DNA of 45,183 nucleotides from Corallochytrium limacisporum Hawaii (Eukaryota; Protista; Pluriformea): contig PDIP01000089.1 in the NCBI GenBank assembly GCA_002811645.1, forward strand, positions 1 through 45,183, given 5' to 3'. Each line of letters starts with the position of its first letter. The first letter of the stretch is position 1. Shown piece after piece: positions 1 to 8,541 of the stretch. The translations under genes were made by a program, and so were the position numbers. Under the pieces are notes generated by a model. That model was not told the origin of the DNA, did no database searches, and saw only the letters and a list, made by a program, of their open reading frames with translations.

Positions 1-36
1 TAACCCTAACCCTAACCCTAACCCTAACCCTAACCC
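1..36 (-). repeat. Telomeric repeat (TAACCC)6, i.e. TTAGGG on the minus strand; chromosome end
   Basis: Six perfect TAACCC units start at base 1 with the C-rich strand on +, as expected for a left chromosome end. Confidence 0.97.
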
Positions 37-96
37 TTCGCAGATCTATACGTTCTAGGGAAATGCTTTATATATGCCCGATAGTATGCAAGTTTA

Positions 97-843
97 TCAC
101 TGGCTTGTTTTCTTACTGATTGGAGGGGCCGAAGGACTTGGGTTTGGGTCTTGTTCACTGTAAAATGGTGGTGGTTCGCCGTACTCGTCTGTTCGATATG
201 AAGACACTTGATCGTTCCCTGCAATACATTGCTTGGTTGGTGCTGACGGGTGGGGTAGGTTCTGCTCTGGGTAGTGCGTCTGGGCTGTTGGGTATGTCAT
301 TATTTGGGGAATTTGTCCAAGCTGCATCATTGGTTGTGCTGATTGTACGGGGGCAGAAACTGTCGATACGCGCTGCTGTTGCTGGTGCGCTTGCAATTGC
401 TCTGTTTGGTATTCTGCCTTGACCTCATCCTTTAGTTTATATACTAACAACTCTAAGTGCGAAATCCAGTGCTGATCTTTCGTGAGATTAATATTTACCT
501 TAAAACCTTTGGGACCCAAAACTGCATTAGTGTCCGGCAACCATTTTTTTGTTAGAGCAAACTGTTCTGCATGCGAATCTGTGCATCCGCCACAACAAAT
601 AGAGCAAGTTCGTGGCACCCCATCTGCTATGTCTTCGGCGTCAGGGAGATGTTGCTCAAATTCTCGTTTGAATCTTCTCCACTCCTTATTGTTTCGTGCA
701 ATAGGTTCTTGGAATCCATGGCTTGCACAACAACAAGGTGGTACAGATGTGGGTGAGTACTGGTACATAGCCATGGGACGGAGAGGTTTGCACTCGGGGT
801 CTTTAGGCTTACACCCTAGTACGCATGCAGCAATACAATTCAT
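97..843 (-). CDS. Cys-rich protein, probable Golgin A7/Erf4 (CHIC-like) family, with a Gln/Pro-rich tail
   Basis: 248-aa ATG ORF. The core EFEQHLPDAEDIA...CSICCGGCTDSHAEQ...KKWLPDTNAVLGPKGFKV...HLELLVYK resembles remembered GOLGA7 (TLNNLYAEAEKLG...CMETHYEK...KYIQEQNEKIYAPQGL...IEITIYE). The tail has PSAP twice and PPFY. The ORF is probably real; the family call is by eye. Confidence 0.55.
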   Translation of the reverse strand: MNCIAACVLGCKPKDPECKPLRPMAMYQYSPTSVPPCCCASHGFQEPIARNNKEWRRFKREFEQHLPDAEDIADGVPRTCSICCGGCTDSHAEQFALTKKWLPDTNAVLGPKGFKVNINLTKDQHWISHLELLVYKLKDEVKAEYQTEQLQAHQQQQRVSTVSAPVQSAQPMMQLGQIPQIMTYPTAQTHYPEQNLPHPSAPTKQCIAGNDQVSSYRTDEYGEPPPFYSEQDPNPSPSAPPISKKTSQ

Positions 844-1563
844 GTTTAGTTGACCAGACTGCCCACGGTCCCTGTGCGTTTCTGCCCAATATCTGGATCA
901 CTTAAAAATCCTACAGTATACTCTCATGTCCATTGCTTCTAATACATGAACTTCAGTTCAAAAAATTAGGTTGAACAGAAACTTGTCGATGTGTGCATTT
1001 TCCATGCGTTGGGAACTGAGACTTCATCCTTACTACCAGCCTTTTCCAGGGTCGTTCCGCGTCGCCGACGTTTCCACCCAAATTCTTCTCCCCTTCCGCT
1101 CATTGTATGCTACCAACTGAGTGGGAACGGTCTTGGTTACCACTCCCGCCCGAAGGGGTGGACCCGTGCGCACTCCTAGTAATTCTACCGTGTTTCGTGA
1201 TCGATTTTCTTTGGGACTGGCCCTTCCGCTGGGTGCGAGCCAATCAGAGAGCCCCTCTCGACCAATCAATGAAGTTTCCGTATTTACACGGTGGCCTCTT
1301 CGGAGAAAGCACCCCACCCTCACTTAATCTCCTCAGACTGTGCTCCCTTTCCATCGTCATCTGCAACAGCAAGAAAAGTACCACCAACGACATGTAGACT
1401 GTGTGGAGCTGTGCCAGTGGACTCACTCATTTCTGGTTGCATCACGTCGGACACCACATCTGGCATTCGACGTACACAGCTTTGTACACTTTCCATAGAG
1501 TTAAACACGTGTTGTAGTGTTCTATGAAGGTAGTGTAATGTATTCAGATATAAGTAAAAAGCC

Positions 1564-3519
1564 TTAAGAACCGTAGATGGCGCCTTCGGCCGCGTCAGTT
1601 TTGTACATCTGGCTCGGGGAATTGTCTGGCTTTTCTAGGCTGGCAGTTTGCTCCTCTTTCTTAGCCATAACGGCCTGGACGTTGGATCCCCAGGCAAGGT
1701 CTCCGTCGTCCAATCGGCTCTCCATAAGCTCGGGGAAGAAGCCGAAGATCACTGCAGAACCCATAACGCCAACAATAACGGCAACACCGAAAATCTGGTA
1801 GAACACGGGCAGACCTCCATAGGGGCCTTCGACGGCACGCTCCCGGACGGCAATCAGGAGAAGGATCCAGATAAATGACGGAATCATGAACTTCAACCAG
1901 AAGGATTGGATCTTAGGAATGCGCGTATTGTCGTTGGTGTCGTTCTGGGTGATGACCGCGTTCATCATGCTACGCAAGTCCTCAGGTTGATACCACAGCA
2001 GGCACTCGAAGACCTCGCCCATAGACTTGCCAGAGTGTGACGCACCAAAGTGGCATGCCATAAACGTGAAGATAACCAAGATGGGAATACCGACAGCAAA
2101 GCCAACCACGGAGGCTATACTGCCTAGTGAACCCCAGACTGCGGTAGCGAGAAGAGCACCAAGACCAACGGAACCAAAGAAAGCAATCTCAAAGCTTGTG
2201 ACGGCCTTGGCGCCGACCTCCTCGACGAGCTCGTCATGTTTGTACATCCAGCAACCAACAATAACTTCAGCTGCGCCCAGCATAAGCATACAGTACTGGT
2301 TCAGGAAATAGTCAGTGGTGTCCAGCAAGTAAGTGCCGACATCAGAGGCATACATCGTAGAGAGCATAAACATAACAGCGAGAACAACCAACACCTTGAA
2401 CTCCTGGCGCAGACCCTTCATGAGACGCATGTCATCCAGGGTGGTAACCACAGCCTCTGTGTTGGCGAAGGCAGAGTCGATACCGAGCAGGATCAAAGTC
2501 AGGAAGAAGAGAGCACTGAAGAAGTTTGCCGCAGGCAGCTTCGCTAGGGTTACCGGGAAAGCAACGAAGGCGAGAGACTTTCCACCGCTAGAGACTTCGG
2601 AGATCGGGACGCCTTCCTGTTCGGCAAAGTAACCGAGCGTGCTGAAAACTGCAAAGCCAGCGAAGAAAGAGAAAGTACAGTTACCGATGCAAACAATGAA
2701 AGAGTTCTCAACTACGGGACCTCCAGCTGGGTTGTATGACCCGTAAGCAATCATAGAAGCAGAGGCAAGAGACAGAGAGAAAAAGATCTGAGAGGAAGCC
2801 GCAGACCACATCTCACCATTGGACAATTCACTCACATCCCATTCACCGATGTACGCCTTGATACCTTCCTGGGCACCGTCAAGGGTGGCACCCCGGATGA
2901 CCAGAACAATCAAAGAGACAATGGGAGCCAGCACGGTGAAGTATACAACCTTACCAGTAACCTTCACACCCTTCCAAATCGCAAAGTAAATACAGGCAAA
3001 AGTCAGCACGTTGGCACCGTAAAGAGCGGAGACCATGATCTCTGTTTGGCCAGGGTCTTCTGACATCATGACAACGTTGTTGTCAAAGTGGTCCTCGGCA
3101 TACTGAAGAACGGAACTCGGGTTGTGTTCTTGATCCAGCTCTTCGTTGTACCAAGGTAGATCAACGTAGAAGGACTGCACGAAGTATACCCAAGACCAGT
3201 TCATAATTGCGGTGTAATATGTCACAATCACAAACGCACACATGGTCAGACCAATACCAACACCAGAAGCACGACGGTGGAGCTTCATGAGAGACAGAGC
3301 AGGGCCGGCCTGCGTACACTGACCCAGAGAGGCCTCGTAGATGAACAAGGGGATACCGAGAAGAAACAGAGCCATGAGATATGGGATGAAGAATGCACCA
3401 CCACCATACTCGTAGGCCATGAAGGGGAACCGCCAGACATTACCAAGGCCGATGGCAGAGCCCATGGCAGCCAGAATGTACTGCCAGCGGTTATCCCAGT
3501 GAGTACGGTTCTCAGTCAT
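1564..3519 (-). CDS. Sodium:neurotransmitter symporter (SLC6/NSS family) transporter
   Basis: 651 aa. TM1 signature W..RWQYILAAMGSAIGLGNVWRFPFMAYEYGGGAFFIPY, plus QIFFSLSL, AYGSYN, LAFVAFP and LGIDSAF; many hydrophobic helices. Confidence 0.96.
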   Translation of the reverse strand: MTENRTHWDNRWQYILAAMGSAIGLGNVWRFPFMAYEYGGGAFFIPYLMALFLLGIPLFIYEASLGQCTQAGPALSLMKLHRRASGVGIGLTMCAFVIVTYYTAIMNWSWVYFVQSFYVDLPWYNEELDQEHNPSSVLQYAEDHFDNNVVMMSEDPGQTEIMVSALYGANVLTFACIYFAIWKGVKVTGKVVYFTVLAPIVSLIVLVIRGATLDGAQEGIKAYIGEWDVSELSNGEMWSAASSQIFFSLSLASASMIAYGSYNPAGGPVVENSFIVCIGNCTFSFFAGFAVFSTLGYFAEQEGVPISEVSSGGKSLAFVAFPVTLAKLPAANFFSALFFLTLILLGIDSAFANTEAVVTTLDDMRLMKGLRQEFKVLVVLAVMFMLSTMYASDVGTYLLDTTDYFLNQYCMLMLGAAEVIVGCWMYKHDELVEEVGAKAVTSFEIAFFGSVGLGALLATAVWGSLGSIASVVGFAVGIPILVIFTFMACHFGASHSGKSMGEVFECLLWYQPEDLRSMMNAVITQNDTNDNTRIPKIQSFWLKFMIPSFIWILLLIAVRERAVEGPYGGLPVFYQIFGVAVIVGVMGSAVIFGFFPELMESRLDDGDLAWGSNVQAVMAKKEEQTASLEKPDNSPSQMYKTDAAEGAIYGS

Positions 3520-4712
3520 TTTGTATGCTTTGTCTATGTGAACGTTTGCGGAGCCGAACTGTCCTCAAACTTTAATCATCTAAGTCGATATGATTGTCAG
3601 CCCTCTCTCGTAATGGATCTTTAAATACCTAGCGGGCGCGGAGCGCCTTTACGAAGTTTATGTCTCCACTACTATGTTCGGGGGGTCATATAATGGACTG
3701 TAATAGAAAAGCCTTATCGGATTAGATGTTCTGTAGGTGTGATGATCCAGGAGCCCGTCTGCTGGAGGATACGGGTCAAAGGTGATGGCTTAAAGGGGCC
3801 GGCAAGGAGTTGGTAGTTCGATTGGCTCCCCCCACTGCCCCTTTCCCCCTCCCTGTCCACATTTGCTATTGCTGGACATCTCAATACTCGCTGACAGATT
3901 TCTCACCCCCAGAAGAATAATTAATTGCAGGGGATCCTCAACGTGATTTCGCATCTGAACCAAAAGGAAGGCTTACAGTCTGCATATAAACGGACTCCAT
4001 CTATGTGCCCTCATCTTTGTAAAAAACAATACCCAAAACCCTTTTGGAGACTTTTTCCGCCCATACTGATCCACACGATGCACTGAGCATTCCAAGCCGT
4101 TCCGTTGGCAGTACGCCGATGTTTTCGACCTTGTTAAGACTCTATATGCGTCCGCATCTGTCCCGATAGAGCCAGCCGCGTAATCTCTGATATGCCCGGC
4201 CAAGTGGCCCGGAAGAGAGGGGCAATTGTGGCATAAATATTACGTGACAGACTACGAAAGGGACTCCGTCATTGGGTGTGAGGTTCCCACCGTGATAAAG
4301 TCTTCAAATTTTGAAACTGTAGTGAATGTATTGAAAATGTTGCCTGGAACGCCCTCCCACTGGGACATTTGAATGGCGAAGTGGAGGTCGAACTGACACA
4401 GGATAACAAAGTATTTATGGAGGACATTTTTTGACGACACCACTGGATCGAATTATTGGCTCTTGCCCAAGAGTTCGCTGTGACGTCGGCTAGGTCCACC
4501 TTAGGAGAACGACCTAAGTCAACAGCTTGAAGCTATCGCCTGTTCGGGAGGGAGTAGTAATCGGTGGACAGTTGCGGCCCAGTGTCACCCAGGGGCACAC
4601 ACAAACTGAGCAGAGAACTTTCCGCTCCCAAGGACATCTGTCCAAAGGCGGTATAAATTGCACCACAGGGTCTCAAACTTACGAAAGTGGTCGTGGACAA
4701 AATAATGATGTA

Positions 4713-6027
4713 CCACCCTCTGTCTCCTAAGTATGAGACAAATCGCACGAAAACGAGAACCCCGATCACTCTTTTTAATCATGATTGAGTAATATATATT
4801 TTGATTATTATCATTATTATTAAATATCATTATACACCAAATCAATTTCAAATATTTCGTTTACGGATTGAATAAACACTTAAGTGTACTTCAAAAAATT
4901 GAGCCTTTTCACATTAACTTGACATCGAAGATCTCGTAGTCGTCGAAAAATTTTTTTNNNNNNNNNNNNNNNNNNNNNNNNNNNNNNNNNNNNNNNNNNN
5001 NNNNNNNNNNNNNNNNNNNNNNNNNNNNNNNNNNNNNNNNNNNNNNNNNNNNNNNNNNNNNNNNNNNNNNNNNNNNNNNNNNNNNNNNNNNNNNNNNNNN
5101 NNNNNNNNNNNNNNNNNNNNNNNNNNNNNNNNNNNNNNNNNNNNNNNNNNNNNNNNNNNNNNNNNNNNNNNNNNNNNNNNNNNNNNNNNNNNNNNNNNNN
5201 NNNNNNNNNNNNNNNNNNNNNNNNNNNNNNNNNNNNNNNNNNNNNNNNNNNNNNNNNNNNNNNNNNNNNNNNNNNNNNNNNNNNNNNNNNNNNNNNNNNN
5301 NNNNNNNNNNNNNNNNNNNNNNNNNNNNNNNNNNNNNNNNNNNNNNNNNNNNNNNNNNNNNNNNNNNNNNNNNNNNNNNNNNNNNNNNNNNNNNNNNNNN
5401 NNNNNNNNNNNNNNNNNNNNNNNNNNNNNNNNNNNNNNNNNNNNNNNNNNNNNNNNNNNNNNNNNNNNNNNNNNNNNNNNNNNNNNNNNNNNNNNNNNNN
5501 NNNNNNNNNNNNNNNNNNNNNNNNNNNNNNNNNNNNNNNNNNNNNNNNNNNNNNNNNNNNNNNNNNNNNNNNNNNNNNNNNNNNNNNNNNNNNNNNNNNN
5601 NNNNNNNNNNNNNNNNNNNNNNNNNNNNNNNNNNNNNNNNNNNNNNNNNNNNNNNNNNNNNNNNNNNNNNNNNNNNNNNNNNNNNNNNNNNNNNNNNNNN
5701 NNNNNNNNNNNNNNNNNNNNNNNNNNNNNNNNNNNNNNNNNNNNNNNNNNNNNNNNNNNNNNNNNNNNNNNNNNNNNNNNNNNNNNNNNNNNNNNNNNNN
5801 NNNNNNNNNNNNNNNNNNNNNNNNNNNNNNNNNNNNNNNNNNNNNNNNNNNNNNNNNNNNNNNNNNNNNNNNNNNNNNNNNNNNNNNNNNNNNNNNNNNN
5901 NNNNNNNNNNNNNNNNNNNNNNNNNNNNNNNNNNNNNNNNNNNNNNNNTGTTTCCCGCCACAGCGGTCGGGATTCGAATGAATGTGATTTGAATAGATTC
6001 GGCCTAATATTATGAGACAGAGGGTGG
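4713..6027. mobile_element. TIR DNA transposon of IS630/Tc1/mariner type with Stowaway-like termini, ~1.3 kb, interior mostly N gap
   Basis: Perfect 14-bp inverted repeat CCACCCTCTGTCTC (4713-4726) / GAGACAGAGGGTGG (6014-6027), each flanked by TA (4711-12, 6028-29). The sequence turns abruptly AT-rich inside the left end. The gap 4958-5948 is consistent with a collapsed repeat. Confidence 0.8.
4958..5948. other. Assembly gap (N run); further gaps at 16836-17056, 32653-33202, 34597-34618 and 35372-35765
   Basis: N runs in the sequence. Confidence 0.99.
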
Positions 6028-6164
6028 TATGCTGGTACCGTGGTACAAACGAGGGCGTAGGTGAACACAGTACGGAGGAATTGGGCACCGGAATTTTCAT
6101 TGTTCCAACTGGTGCGATGGACAACATTTTGCAAGGGTCTGTGCACTGGTGTCGTTAGTTCTAA

Positions 6165-6243
6165 TGCTAACTCCGTCTGGTGCTAACTCCGCCGACTGCT
6201 AACTCCACCGACTACTAATTCCACCGACTGCTAACTCCACCAC
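6165..6243 (+). repeat. Minisatellite, ~5 copies of a 16-bp unit (consensus TGCTAACTCCACCGAC)
   Basis: Units start at 6165, 6181, 6197, 6213 and 6229. Confidence 0.9.
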
Positions 6244-8541
6244 CCATGACCAGCACGAGCACTCAATAACAACAATCTGTGATGGATTCTGCAAATCCTT
6301 CGCCACTCTGTTATCTCGTATCTTCCTCCATCATCCTCCATCGATGGACGGGGTTGGGGGTTCGCGTTGTCTTTCAGATCTTTTTTTTAGACCTTCGCGT
6401 ACATTACCTTCTTAAGCCGGGTGGCCCTATCCACCAAGTACGAGAAGTTTCTACGGGTCTTGGGGGCGGAGCAGGGAGTTTCTGTTGGTCTTCGGTCCAA
6501 AACGCCCAGTTTGTGGGTGATGCACGGACAGCATAGTGAACGTGATGGTCAACATCTGTGCGCAGAAGGTATCCTGGGTTGGCAACGCAACCGATGCATT
6601 TCCTTTTTAGGGTGAGTGATTGGTGAACAGGCCAGCATCGCGATTTTGAACTCAATATGCCGAGTTATATGCCATCTGGTACTTGTTCTCCCTGGATATC
6701 TCCCTAAACTGCGTCGACCACGGTGTAGGCGACGCAACAGGACCGTCCTTACCGATACCGGATCGTTGACAGTCATATTGGATGTTCGGGGTTAGAATGT
6801 TAGTGAATCTGATACTAATTGTTCAAGCCAGGCATTCATGAAGCCAAGCACGATAAACATTCAACTGCTCTATTACACTTCTCGAGTGTGATGCGGTGTT
6901 AAAACCTCATTGCCCCCGCATCCCCGGAAACCAGTGTCGATCGGGACGCTCAGCCGTTGCAAAGCTTTCCTACCAAAACAGCGGTGCATCCTGAAGCGCC
7001 CCCATCACAATTTCTTTTTCAAGCCATCCTTGTTTTTCCCAATATGGGATTCAGAGTGAAAATAGAAGTTGAAACTTACAGTGTATCACATGCGACAGCA
7101 CGACAATCATTGCCCGTAATCGACTAATGTTCCTTGTGGTGATATTGAACGGAGCCGTTGCCATTGGTACATGGAGACTAGTTGAACTCCGTTTCGGGCA
7201 GTGTGCGGTTGCTGTCGGTTTTCCTCGTGGTTTGGCTGGTGGCTATGTCTCTACGCAGGCTCATATTTGTCACGTCAGGGGCCCCAAAGTGCTCGCAACT
7301 TTTGCAAGGTTTCGTCATTTTCTTTAGTTCACTCATTGCCCCGCTCGAGCAGCAACCCAATTATACCAGTCTAACCTAGCCCTCCCACATTCCTTCGCAT
7401 GAAAGTGGCACGGATTTGGTTGGCTCGAGCTGGTCTCGCTGCGCTGAGTTTGGGTATATTGCTCTCGACAGAAAAATCTTGCAACCAGCTGCTCTCCAAG
7501 CCCCTTGCGGGGTGGGGGAGGGTCCGAGAGCGCCGAGGGGGGTAGGGGGAGAGATCGTCTAAGAGAATGCGGGTTTGTGGCCAGTGCGTTCACATATCTG
7601 GATCATATATATCTTCACTCTGCATCGGATTGTTATGCCTTGTCCTGACGCTTACGCAGGCCCTTACTATTTTCATTTTGGTGTCTTTTAAACCAGTGGT
7701 CGTCTCAGGCCGGTATCACATGAACTTGTCCTTTCCAGTTGACTTGAGCCAGCTTGAAGCTACCTGTAAGTGGTACTAGCATGTTGTCCGCCGTGCGGCT
7801 ATCAGTACATTTTTGCGTGCAAGTGGACACACCACTTCGTACAATCACCCTCTGATTCTGCTCAGAGTACTTCTGAATGGCAGTTCACGCTGTGCTCTTC
7901 TTGACTGTTCCTAGCTTCGTCACTGATAGGACGGGACGCGTGTTGCACGTCTCTCCCGAAGTGTTACATAGTACTTGGCAGAGGTTTCAACTTGCCCACA
8001 CTCCACATGTACTGTTCGGTAGTCAGAAGAGCACCGCATGTGAGGAATTTTTGTAACTGCTCTTCAATCAAATGCCTAAGATGTGACCTCAATCCAATAG
8101 AGAGGCACGGCCTGGAGCCATTCCATTTCAAACAGTCCCATCTTATATGCCAGCAGACGAGGGAAGGCCAAAGCGAGACTGTGTACCGAGGCCAGCAATT
8201 GGGGCTAAAATCATAGTCTACAATCCCTTCCCGCCTAGTACTTTGGATTCTCAATATACCTCCAGCCAGTGACCGCATACTGCCAGAATTTCAATACTGG
8301 CCCATTGCCCATAGCCAATATTAGTGGGGAGGGGAGTACCCTGCTCTCTATCGGTGGGTCACGGCGGATCCCCGCGTGGCCAGGGGCCGGGAGAGGACGG
8401 CGGTGTGGCTCGCCATAGTTACTTGTTCTCCCGTTCGAGAAACTGCTGCCAGAGGACAATGGCAGATAATGTATTTCGGAATCTTAACTTTTTCATTACC
8501 AAATGACACTATCTTGGTGAGCACGATACAGACATAATAAT

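Noticed and set aside
3730-3850. Possible tRNA or C/D snoRNA (GTGATGA and GTTCGA motifs)
   Set aside because: No cloverleaf pairing and no properly placed D box or terminal stem could be found by eye.
4880-6146. 350-415-aa ORFs spanning the N gap, and similar X-filled ORFs at 16.6-17.3, 32.6-33.3 and 35.2-36.1 kb
   Set aside because: Artefacts of translating Ns.
6165-6243. CRISPR-like array
   Set aside because: Units are directly tandem with no unique spacers, the context is eukaryotic and no cas genes are present.
7178-7360. 60-aa ORF beginning MGCCSS, resembling a myristoylation/palmitoylation motif
   Set aside because: The start codon is actually TTG, the ORF is short and there is no other support.
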